Notes under the pieces: model-generated
Seen by the model: only the letters and a program-made list of their open reading frames with translations
Told to the model about the DNA's origin: nothing
Databases searched by the model: none
In this document: positions 27,827 through 35,994 of the stretch, piece by piece
Numbering within the stretch: position 1 is the stretch's first letter
Layout of the letters: each line of letters starts with the position of its first letter
Virus record (IMG/VR): IMGVR_UViG_3300043548_000722
Location: 43,651 to 107,650 of that record
Direction: 5' to 3' (one strand)
DNA length: 64,000 nucleotides
Source: a virus
Position numbers and translations under genes: made by a program

Positions 27827-28167
27827 AGAGCCTCTGCAAGCAGCGCAGACCGTAGAGCCTGTAATGCTCCAGTCTGAGAACCGTCGAAGGTGCCGAAAAG
27901 ACTGGACCGCAGGGCACGAATCTTTTGAATCTGCCCGAGTGTTGCTCGTGCCGGTATGGCCGCAGATCCAAAACCTACGGCTTCGGCGCTGTCCACTATC
28001 TCCTCAGCTTCAGAGTCGATATCTAAGATTCTATTGTCAATTTCGGTTAGAAACGTAGAAGTCTCTGAGGTATTAGGCCCAGAAAGCCCGGTTTCGACAA
28101 CTGAGGCTATAATTAGCTGGGAAACGTGGTAGCTCAGCCGCACTACGTCAAGCGAAGGTGTGGTCAT
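27823..28167 (-). CDS. Hypothetical protein, 114 aa
   Basis: ATGA-type overlaps in operon. Confidence 0.65.
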   Translation of the reverse strand: MTTPSLDVVRLSYHVSQLIIASVVETGLSGPNTSETSTFLTEIDNRILDIDSEAEEIVDSAEAVGFGSAAIPARATLGQIQKIRALRSSLFGTFDGSQTGALQALRSALLAEAL

Positions 28168-29516
28168 TCTGCACCTCTGGCGTACTGTAGTAACTCGGAA
28201 GTCTGCGCATCTAAATCAAACGCACGAACTGCGGACGTAAACACGGTCTCAGCAAATATCGCAAATCTTCCCCTGCGGAGTAACTCGGCTGCCTTATCAA
28301 ACCCCTCTCGGTCAAGGTCGAGAACAAGTCGACGTGACACCTCTGCCAGAGACGGGGCAACCTCAGTAGGAATGCTCAAAATAGTCTGTAGTAGGGTAGT
28401 CTCAGTAGGAACGGGGACCCCAAAGGCATTCAGGCATCTGGCCGTGTTCGTCGTTACCGTAGAAACCTGCGCTGCCGCTGCGGCAAGTCTCTGCATGAGA
28501 CGAGCAGCATCGCCTCGGGACGAGATAGACGCTGCCTCTTCTGGCGTTGGGATGTCTGCTCGCAGAAGTGCTTTTAGCGGGTATACCTCTTTAACAGCCT
28601 CTATCATTAGATTTTTGGCAGCTGATGTTATTGTTACCGGACCTTCAGGGGCCGCGTCCGACACAGTCACTCCGACTGAGCTAACGCCGGTAATCTCGGT
28701 CAAGAAATTTCCTACACGAAGAATATCGCCCACCTCCACTCGACAGAGCAGAGGATTGATTGTGAGCAGTACGGTCTGTCCTTGGCGAGAAGATTGAAAT
28801 TTACTAGGGAAAGCGGACGCCTCGCTTAATCTATGCGAGCTAGACGATGGAAATGAAAGAGCTCTTATGACTCCTCCAGATGCAACGATACCAGCCAGCG
28901 CGGCAGAGGGCTGAGTTTGCTGAGCCGCTCTTTTTAGGGAGAGCAGAGGGGCCACCGCCGCAACCGGCAGCAGCGTACTGTGCAGCTGACTGTCTCCAGA
29001 GGTAATGTCCGAGACGATTATGGCTACGTCCGCTAACCTCCGTCGTACATCGTGAAGAATCCGAGTCAGTCTGTTCCCCGCGTCATCGATCGATACCACT
29101 TTATTGCGGACCAAGGAACGGGTCATTTGGTTTGCGAGTTCTCCAGACTGGCGAAGAACTGCACGCAGCCCGTCCTCGGTAGGATTTCTGAGCGTCTGAT
29201 CTATCTGTCGTACAACTTCTGCTGAAGATGGGACTTGCACCTCTACGGGAGTCGTCTGCGAATCATAGGCTGCCTCCACTGCCCGACAGAGCAGCGCATG
29301 GAGATCACTTAGGGCTATACCAAGCGCGCGAGCTCTCTTTAGACGAAAGTACTGTAGGATCTCTGGCTGATGAATCAAGGTCTGAGCCACTCGGCTCCTG
29401 GCTTGGTCCCATCTCAGTTGCCGTTCCGTCTCCCCGGGCACAAGATCTCTTGGTGTCGCCCGAATCCTTAGCGCAGATCGAATCTGCGCTTGAGAAACGT
29501 TGAGTTTGTGTGCCAT
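28164..29516 (-). CDS. Hypothetical structural-module protein, 450 aa
   Basis: Start at MAHKLN (29516) overlapping upstream TGA. Confidence 0.7.
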   Translation of the reverse strand: MAHKLNVSQAQIRSALRIRATPRDLVPGETERQLRWDQARSRVAQTLIHQPEILQYFRLKRARALGIALSDLHALLCRAVEAAYDSQTTPVEVQVPSSAEVVRQIDQTLRNPTEDGLRAVLRQSGELANQMTRSLVRNKVVSIDDAGNRLTRILHDVRRRLADVAIIVSDITSGDSQLHSTLLPVAAVAPLLSLKRAAQQTQPSAALAGIVASGGVIRALSFPSSSSHRLSEASAFPSKFQSSRQGQTVLLTINPLLCRVEVGDILRVGNFLTEITGVSSVGVTVSDAAPEGPVTITSAAKNLMIEAVKEVYPLKALLRADIPTPEEAASISSRGDAARLMQRLAAAAAQVSTVTTNTARCLNAFGVPVPTETTLLQTILSIPTEVAPSLAEVSRRLVLDLDREGFDKAAELLRRGRFAIFAETVFTSAVRAFDLDAQTSELLQYARGAE

Positions 29517-30412
29517 CAGGTCACCGTCAGTGAGATGACGTTGAGCGATGTCGGTAGAGCGGGGAACCTGCGGGCGGGGGCGATGCTGGGTGCGAACTGA
29601 ATTTCGCACTCGCCTGGAGAGACGCCGACGACCGTGAGCACGTTGTCTTTCTGAGTAACGGTAGCCACGGTCGGGTCCGAACTCTTGGCGCTCACAAGGC
29701 AGACTGTGAGACGGTCTGAGTCGGGGTTCTTTGGGTATGGCCCAACAAGTCCACTTGAGAGCACGCTGTTGATCGTGATCTCAACGTCGTCTCCGGCCGC
29801 CAACGTCACGGCAGAAGATGGAACGTCTACATACGCGACGTACGGCCAGACGAGCTCAGTGAACCCAGTCGCCGGCAGGTCCGGGACCATGACATGAAAG
29901 ACCTGCTCTCCGTAGGACTCGACCACAACATCGTAGCGAGCACCGCGCAGCAAGTCGAACTCGACGTAGCCCTGGCCATCCGACGAGATGAGAACCTTGG
30001 CGTTGCCGGTCGCCATACCTCCGCTGATCCGCACGTAGTCCGTCAGCATGAGGTCAATCGTGACGTCAGGAAGTCGCTGCCCGGCCGCGCCGATCAGAAA
30101 CCCGCTGACTCTGCACAGATTTGCCTGAGTCGCAGGAGGGCGGGCATCTAAGTCCTGGCCCGCAACATCGAAGATGGAGTCCTCCTCGATGACGACGCTC
30201 AGCTTCTTTGCAAAGCTAAAGCCGGCCTTGAAGAAGCGCACCCAGTAGGTTTCTACCGGAAGCTCAAACACGACTTCGCCCGACGAGTCCGTATTCCCGC
30301 TGTCAATGAAGGTCGTTCCGTCCTCTGTGAAGACAAAGACCGTCACGCCAGGAACCTGAGTCTCTCGTGTCTCGTCAGAGGAGTCGTATGTGTAAAAGGT
30401 GACCGATGCCAT
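29516..30412 (-). CDS. Ig-like/transthyretin-like beta-sandwich virion protein
   Basis: VPGVTVFVF...GNTDSSGEVVFELPVETYWVRFFKAG; C-terminal SSDPTVATV...GVSPGE Ig-like motif. Confidence 0.7.
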   Translation of the reverse strand: MASVTFYTYDSSDETRETQVPGVTVFVFTEDGTTFIDSGNTDSSGEVVFELPVETYWVRFFKAGFSFAKKLSVVIEEDSIFDVAGQDLDARPPATQANLCRVSGFLIGAAGQRLPDVTIDLMLTDYVRISGGMATGNAKVLISSDGQGYVEFDLLRGARYDVVVESYGEQVFHVMVPDLPATGFTELVWPYVAYVDVPSSAVTLAAGDDVEITINSVLSSGLVGPYPKNPDSDRLTVCLVSAKSSDPTVATVTQKDNVLTVVGVSPGECEIQFAPSIAPARRFPALPTSLNVISLTVT

Positions 30413-31080
30413 CAGGACCTCCGGGGGAGAGGAATCAGCTCGAGTTCCTGAACTTCGAGAAGGTCGCTTCCTGTCGCGGCAAGGTCAAAGAGGTCAATGT
30501 TCGCCTGATTGGGAACTGTTACGTTTCGCACAAGTGCGGTGCCTGAGATGGTCAGCAGCCCCTGGATGCCCCGAACGACATTGAACGAGACTTGCCCTGA
30601 CGCATTTGAGACGGCAGTCACATCGGCAGCGACAAACCCGATGCCCATCTTTCTTGCCGACTCGATGCTTGGGCTGAAGCGGACGTAGACACCTTGAAGG
30701 TAGTCCCCTGCCGCGTCGATGAAGGTGCCCGTGATGAGGCACGTATTGGATGACCCTACATCCGGCGCATCGGGGACGTCTACGTTTGAGGCGTGGTCAA
30801 ACGCGAAAACAACGTCAGTGGCTGTGTACTCGACGGAGTTGACCGTGAAGGTCCACACCAAGTCGTACTGGCCCGAGGTCGCCGGAGTCCACGGCGCGGT
30901 GTAAACGCCCAGCTCGGTGTTCGTCGGATTTGTGATGGTCGCGACAGTTACTCCGGCCTTCTGAATGACCAGAGTCGGAGCACTGTCAGCGTTTACTCTG
31001 AAAGTAGATCCAGAACTAGAGGTGAACTGGATGGTCAGGATGGACGATGTGGCGACCCCGACTGCCTTAAAGCTGCTCAT
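30412..31080 (-). CDS. Ig-like virion protein
   Basis: GVYTAPWTPATSGQYDLVWTF; CLITGTFID resembles CRVSGFLIG in neighbour 29516-30412. Confidence 0.65.
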   Translation of the reverse strand: MSSFKAVGVATSSILTIQFTSSSGSTFRVNADSAPTLVIQKAGVTVATITNPTNTELGVYTAPWTPATSGQYDLVWTFTVNSVEYTATDVVFAFDHASNVDVPDAPDVGSSNTCLITGTFIDAAGDYLQGVYVRFSPSIESARKMGIGFVAADVTAVSNASGQVSFNVVRGIQGLLTISGTALVRNVTVPNQANIDLFDLAATGSDLLEVQELELIPLPRRS

Positions 31081-31081
31081 C

Positions 31082-31480
31082 CTAGCTCCTGACGGAGAAG
31101 GTCAGTACGCCGGTGAGGTCGCCAATCACTGCCGGAGCGATCAGTTCCACCCCGTCCTCAATGGGCTGCGACGTAACAGACGGGTTTGAAAGCTCAGTGG
31201 ATACCTCAAGGACTGCCTCGAGACGGGTGATGTCCGTCTTCACAAGAGTGCCCTCGGCACTCAGCGCGAGGTAGTGAATCACAAACCACCCCGGAGCGGT
31301 CGGGGTGAAGGTGTTGATGTAGACGCGCGTTTCTGTGGTGCTGAGCGAGGCAGACTCGGTAAGTGTGAGGTCCCAGCTCGTACCCGTGTCCATGCTGAAC
31401 ACTTTGGCCGTGACCGTAAGGCCTGTATACGGAGAGTAGAAGGCAATCCGGTAAGGAACGCCGACAGTCGCGGTACTCAT
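31082..31480 (-). CDS. Small beta-rich protein, 132 aa
   Basis: Start at MSTATV (31480), ATGA overlap; YINTFTPTAPGWFVIHY. Confidence 0.65.
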   Translation of the reverse strand: MSTATVGVPYRIAFYSPYTGLTVTAKVFSMDTGTSWDLTLTESASLSTTETRVYINTFTPTAPGWFVIHYLALSAEGTLVKTDITRLEAVLEVSTELSNPSVTSQPIEDGVELIAPAVIGDLTGVLTFSVRS

Positions 31481-31986
31481 GAATCCGTCCGGAAGAGGTC
31501 CGAGAGATAGCCGCCATAGGTTCCGTGGATGCACTTGATTTGAGAGAACTTGTCTCCGTCAAAGCCACCACAGAACGTCATCTTGATCGAGGGACTGACA
31601 AAGACTGCCATTAGATACCAGTCGAAGTCTCCCTTTTCGATGATCTCCTCCGGCACTCCCAGAGGCTGCTTTTTGGCCTGCCCCTGCCCCTCTCCCTGCC
31701 AAACTGCACGGGGCACTGGAAGCCCCGGAGTCATCGCAAGGTATGCATACGGCTCCGTATGCTTGCCGAGGATGACTTCGGCCGAAGTCTCATCTTCCGG
31801 TAGGAAGAGCATGGGCAAGGTCGGCAAAGATGGAACGCCGTTGTCCATCTCGAACACGTAGAGTGCCGCGAGGACTGGGCGCGTCTTGCTTTCCCGGTCC
31901 TCGACCATGCTGTCAATCAGGAACCGCGCCCACTGAAGGGCAACCTCATCCGGATTGCTCGCCGTCGACAGGTCCACCGTTGCCAT
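31477..31986 (-). CDS. Hypothetical protein, 169 aa
   Basis: ORF in operon. Confidence 0.65.
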   Translation of the reverse strand: MATVDLSTASNPDEVALQWARFLIDSMVEDRESKTRPVLAALYVFEMDNGVPSLPTLPMLFLPEDETSAEVILGKHTEPYAYLAMTPGLPVPRAVWQGEGQGQAKKQPLGVPEEIIEKGDFDWYLMAVFVSPSIKMTFCGGFDGDKFSQIKCIHGTYGGYLSDLFRTDS

Positions 31987-32320
31987 GCTTCTTCCGAAGA
32001 GTCACGTACATCTCTGCGGCAGTGTTTACCGCATCGCGCGCAAGCGCAGGACTCAGTTTCGAGATCATAGCCGCTACAAGCTTCCTTGGGAAGGACAGCG
32101 TGGGCATGGCGGACAGGAGAGAGCAGAGACCCAAAATCTCCGTCACGATCTTGTACTCAGAGGGGGTCAGTAGCGTAGTTGGCTCTCCAGACAGCGAGAA
32201 AATCTCTCCCGTCTCGGTGTCGAAGATGGCCTTCTCCCCTTCGTAGCCATCCATGATGGCCTTCACGGCTGCATCCAATGTTTTGCGCGGCTTCTTCTTG
32301 CTACCGACAAAGGCAAACAT
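31946..32320 (-). CDS. Hypothetical protein
   Basis: GGAGG RBS 5 nt before ATG 32320. Confidence 0.6.
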   Translation of the reverse strand: MFAFVGSKKKPRKTLDAAVKAIMDGYEGEKAIFDTETGEIFSLSGEPTTLLTPSEYKIVTEILGLCSLLSAMPTLSFPRKLVAAMISKLSPALARDAVNTAAEMYVTLRKKHGNGGPVDGEQSG

Positions 32321-32339
32321 CATGACCTCCAAAATGAAC

Positions 32340-32368
32340 GAGGCCCTGGCGGAGTACGCCAGGGCCTC
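32340..32368 (-). terminator. Terminator-like hairpin after the 601-aa gene
   Basis: 12-bp stem GAGGCCCTGGCG/CGCCAGGGCCTC, then GTTCATTTT on minus strand. Confidence 0.65.
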
Positions 32369-32387
32369 TACCCTCTAACCCGAAGGA

Positions 32388-34193
32388 TCAGAAGGCGCCG
32401 CCGCCGCCGGACGACTGGATCGGGGACCGAACCGTCATGAAGCGAGTGGTGGTGAAGGTCTGTGTCGTAGCGATGGGATCGCTGTCGAAGCACATGAACT
32501 GCACCTCAACCGTGCGGTTGTAGTACGCGCCGATCTCGGCCCACGCCTCGAACTGGCCGGTGCCCGTGCGAGACATCTTGTACCAGTTGGTCAGGCCGAT
32601 TGCATCGGTGGTTCCGAGGGCGGAACCTGCCGAGGCGGCGTTGTACAGCGTGGGGTTGGATGCGCCCTGGCCGAGACCCTGCGCGATGATGAGGGCCTGA
32701 CCCTGGGCTGCACCGTTGGTGCCGACCACATCCGGGTCCTCAAGCGCGCCGGTCGTGCCGTCCTGGATGGTCAGACCGAAGCGGATGCGGAACGCGGAAG
32801 CGCCCGAGTAGACCTCGGAGGGAACCGAGGGGACCAGGCGGGCGTTGGTTGTCACCTGGAGGGTGTCAACCACGGCCTTGATGGCGGCGATGTCGGCCGA
32901 GACGTTGGCGCCGGTCGGAGTACCGATCTTCGACTGGATGTCCTGGGTGTCGGTCTCGATGTCGTTGACCTTGGACTTGATCGCAGCCAGGCCTGTCGTG
33001 GCGTCGGTCAGCTCCTCGTGCGCCTCGCGGAGCAGGAAGCCGGCCGTGCCAGCCGTGGTGTAGGTCGCCAGGCTCTCAGCCCACACGTCGGTGCCGGCCA
33101 GGTTGTCGTAGATCTTCTTCAGACCTTCGGCAACGCTGACGGGGTTACCGGCGATGGCGCCACCCGCGAACACCGCGCTGACATCGCCGATTTCGGTCGC
33201 GAGACCGTCCACGACGCCGTCAATGGTGTCCAGCTTGGTCTCGTTGGCGTCGATCTCGGCCTTCAGGGCTGCGAGGCCCGTGGTGCCGTCGGCAAGCGCC
33301 GAAGCGATGCCATCGACCACCGTGTCCACGGTGTCAACCTTGGACTCGATGTTGCCGAGGTCGGTGTCGACGCTGTCGAGGCGAACCTCGAGAGCCGAGA
33401 GACCGTAGGTCGCGTCCTCAACAGCGGCCTTGATCGCGTCAACGTTGCTGTCGACGGTCGCGAGGTCACCGCTCAGGGCAGCGATCTTGCCGAACACCGT
33501 GGCCGAAGCCGAAGTGTCAGCAGCCAGACCGATCAGGTCCTCAGCGGCCTCGGAGGCAGCCACAGTACGGTCGAGCAGCAGGTCAAGACGACCGCCGTTC
33601 GCCCAGTCACCCTGGAGCTCGTTGGTGTCGGCGAGGATCGCCGTCACGTCGGTCTGAAGAGCGCCGACCTCGGAATCAACCGTGTCGATCAGAGCCTTCA
33701 GGGCGCCGAGGCCGTCAGTGGCGTTGTCCAGGTCATCCTGAACGCCATCCACCTTGTTGAAGATCGTGGCCAGGGCAGCCGCGACAGTCGCCGGAGCGGA
33801 GATGTCGTTGAAGGTCTGCGCGCTGACGTCGCCGATCTCAGAGGCGATGCCGTCCACGACCGTGTCCACGGTCGCCACGTCCGAGAGGACCTGGGCGATG
33901 TGGTTGGCCGGAGCGTAGGCCCACAGGGGGATACGCACGGACTCGCTGTTCTTGGTCACAACCGCGTAGTACATCTTGTCCGCGGTCATGGCCGTGGAGA
34001 GGACCTTGAGGGCGTAGAGACCGCCGCCCATGTCGTCCACGGAAACACCGGAAGCGAGGGTCGAATCGACGCCAGCGGCGTCATCGGCCTCGTAGACGAC
34101 GGCGGTCGGGTTGAGCGACGCAGCCGACATCTGGAACGGGAAATAGGCGTTCTTCCCAGAGGGGACGACACGCTCAAAAGCCATGGTAGCCAT
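32388..34193 (-). CDS. Acidic coiled-coil fibre-like protein with globular ends, 601 aa
   Basis: Repeats VDTVVDGIA / DATxGLxAL; very strong GC3 bias and own terminator suggest high expression. Confidence 0.7.
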   Translation of the reverse strand: MATMAFERVVPSGKNAYFPFQMSAASLNPTAVVYEADDAAGVDSTLASGVSVDDMGGGLYALKVLSTAMTADKMYYAVVTKNSESVRIPLWAYAPANHIAQVLSDVATVDTVVDGIASEIGDVSAQTFNDISAPATVAAALATIFNKVDGVQDDLDNATDGLGALKALIDTVDSEVGALQTDVTAILADTNELQGDWANGGRLDLLLDRTVAASEAAEDLIGLAADTSASATVFGKIAALSGDLATVDSNVDAIKAAVEDATYGLSALEVRLDSVDTDLGNIESKVDTVDTVVDGIASALADGTTGLAALKAEIDANETKLDTIDGVVDGLATEIGDVSAVFAGGAIAGNPVSVAEGLKKIYDNLAGTDVWAESLATYTTAGTAGFLLREAHEELTDATTGLAAIKSKVNDIETDTQDIQSKIGTPTGANVSADIAAIKAVVDTLQVTTNARLVPSVPSEVYSGASAFRIRFGLTIQDGTTGALEDPDVVGTNGAAQGQALIIAQGLGQGASNPTLYNAASAGSALGTTDAIGLTNWYKMSRTGTGQFEAWAEIGAYYNRTVEVQFMCFDSDPIATTQTFTTTRFMTVRSPIQSSGGGGAF

Positions 34194-34252
34194 GGAGGAC
34201 CTCTCACGTTCTTGGGTTGACGAGAGGCTGCCGCTTTAGACGCCGGCGCTCA

Positions 34253-34465
34253 TTACTGTTTACGAATTTGGTTCTTCAACGTCTGGTACGTGTTGAAGAA
34301 CTTGCACTCTTCGGTAGACGGCCAAGTAGACTCGGCCTTGTCGAGTTCCTCTTCTGTAATCTTGAAGACCCAGAACACGCGCCTGCCTTCTCGCTTTACC
34401 GACACGATCGGGAAGCCGCGGGAGACAAGGAAAGAGGCAAATGCCATGTCCTGAGTTTCGAACAT
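34253..34465 (-). CDS. DUF5659-like small protein
   Basis: ETQDMAFASFLVSRGF...RRVFWVF...YQTLKNQI; family recalled by motif. Confidence 0.6.
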   Translation of the reverse strand: MFETQDMAFASFLVSRGFPIVSVKREGRRVFWVFKITEEELDKAESTWPSTEECKFFNTYQTLKNQIRKQ

Positions 34466-34698
34466 CAGGTGAGGGCCGAAGAAAGAGAGGGAAAAAACTC
34501 GGAGATAAACGACTCCGAGTGAAGACGAGATAACTCTACCGCACGACGCCTGATTTGTCTACTTCCGGTCCTCGCTTCCTTCACTATTAGCAGGGTTTCT
34601 TTGTATAGTAGAAGTTCGTACTCACGCGCACGGAGAGCTTCGCGAAGCTCCGCCTCTATTTGTGAGATTAGGGCCGACGATTCTTGGGAGGCATCCAT
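34465..34698 (-). CDS. Hypothetical protein, 77 aa
   Basis: ORF tiles the operon. Confidence 0.55.
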   Translation of the reverse strand: MDASQESSALISQIEAELREALRAREYELLLYKETLLIVKEARTGSRQIRRRAVELSRLHSESFISEFFPSLSSALT

Positions 34699-34700
34699 GA

Positions 34701-35531
34701 CTAAAATGATGCCTCATACGTGCGATATTTCTCTGAAATCTTACCCTTGACCTGAGATACCTTCGAGGCGCTCCAGTTGAGTTCGGCGGCGATTTCGTTG
34801 GTCGACGCTGTCTTACGCTTCCCGTTTTTTCCGAACAAGAAGTTAAAAACCGACTGCTCCTCTAGAGTAAGATCGTAGGGTAGCATCTCAATAATCTCGC
34901 GATGTCGAGGAGACACCTCTTCGAACGGATTGCTCTCAAACCCGTCTTCTCCGCCTGTCGGGATCACAAAAATATCAGGGCGCATCTCTCGCGCTAAACG
35001 CTCTACTTTCTTGAGGCTGATCTTCATGTAATCAGCAATTTCTTGTTGGGTCGGGTCTCTGCTCAAGTCTTCCCTTAGAGAGTCTATTGCCCGTTGATAA
35101 TCGCCGATTCTATTGGCCTGTGCTTCGACGATACGAGTGAAGTTTTGATGTTTTTTAACGTACCTATTCAAACTGCGCAGGTTGGTTGTGACATGAGTTG
35201 CGATCTGCGTCCCGCGGGAAGGGTCATAAGTACGTAGGGCTTTGACCGCCAGAGATCTTGCCTCTGCCTCGATTGCGGGTCTGTAGATGCGCGGTGCGCG
35301 GTGCTTATTGACCTGCGCGGTAATTACTGGATTTAGACTACTGAGTAGCGGCTGTAGCTTGTCCGGATCTTCGTTCGAGACCTTCCACTGGCGCCAAAGA
35401 TCCACCTCATTGGCCGCTTTTCCCGTAAATGGGACGGTCTGCCCCGTAGGATCCTTCTGCCCCCAAGTTGGGGGGAACTGGTGAGGATCCTTAGCCGCGG
35501 TCTTAATCATCCAGTCCCTAAGCGATGCCAC
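34701..35531 (-). CDS. Sigma-70 family (FliA/SigB-like) sigma factor
   Basis: Region 2 AVKALRTYDPSRGTQIATHV; region 3 LSRDPTQQEIADYMKIS; region 4 LTLEEQSVF...STNEIAAELNWSASKVSQVK. Confidence 0.9.
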   Translation of the reverse strand: MASLRDWMIKTAAKDPHQFPPTWGQKDPTGQTVPFTGKAANEVDLWRQWKVSNEDPDKLQPLLSSLNPVITAQVNKHRAPRIYRPAIEAEARSLAVKALRTYDPSRGTQIATHVTTNLRSLNRYVKKHQNFTRIVEAQANRIGDYQRAIDSLREDLSRDPTQQEIADYMKISLKKVERLAREMRPDIFVIPTGGEDGFESNPFEEVSPRHREIIEMLPYDLTLEEQSVFNFLFGKNGKRKTASTNEIAAELNWSASKVSQVKGKISEKYRTYEASF

Positions 35532-35764
35532 TATTCCCCCCGAATCTTCTTGCCGGCCTCGTCGGCAGACATCCCCAATCTAACATTTCTACCGTAGTGA
35601 ATTTTATTAGCGAAGTTTTTATCCAGCTGCTCGAAGGCACGCTTAGCAAGGAGCTGCCGATTATAGAACAGCAAATCCAACATCGCGTTGGTGACCTGCA
35701 CGTTGGACTTCTCGGCTGCCTCGGACAACATACCTGAAGGGGGTCTCTGAAAGATGGTATCCAT
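35531..35764 (-). CDS. Hypothetical protein
   Basis: Stop/start overlaps with neighbours. Confidence 0.6.
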   Translation of the reverse strand: MDTIFQRPPSGMLSEAAEKSNVQVTNAMLDLLFYNRQLLAKRAFEQLDKNFANKIHYGRNVRLGMSADEAGKKIRGE

Positions 35765-35991
35765 CACATCATCTCCGGAGTTTGCGGCATCAACGCTGCG
35801 CGCTGTGCCAGTTCCCGCTGCTTACGGATCACCTTACCCTCACGCGCATCCTGAAGGAAGTCCTTTCCGTATGCACCCGCAAGCGTGCCTACGCCCAGTG
35901 CCGTTCCCAGCCCGGCCACCTGTCCCCCGGACAGGGCAATCTTTTCAAGCTCATCAACAAAGAACTGAAACTGCGCTGTAGAGTACCTCAT
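35764..35991 (-). CDS. Small Gly-zipper protein with FVDELEKIA leader, 75 aa
   Basis: FQFFVDELEKIA then AGLGTALGVGTLAGAYG. Confidence 0.7.
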   Translation of the reverse strand: MRYSTAQFQFFVDELEKIALSGGQVAGLGTALGVGTLAGAYGKDFLQDAREGKVIRKQRELAQRAALMPQTPEMM

Positions 35992-35994
35992 CTT

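Noticed and set aside
19544-29609. ORF-track starts at 21994 and 29609 (also 4655, 6074, 6525, 6797, 31534, 57540, 57740)
   Set aside because: These extensions overlap upstream genes deeply; downstream ATGs with RBS or stop-start coupling fit better
33018-34220. 400-aa + strand ORF, and similar long antisense ORFs (6922-7662, 7082-7699, 15864-16646, 60032-60784)
   Set aside because: Shadow ORFs opposite strongly GC3-biased genes; no RBS, motifs or operon fit
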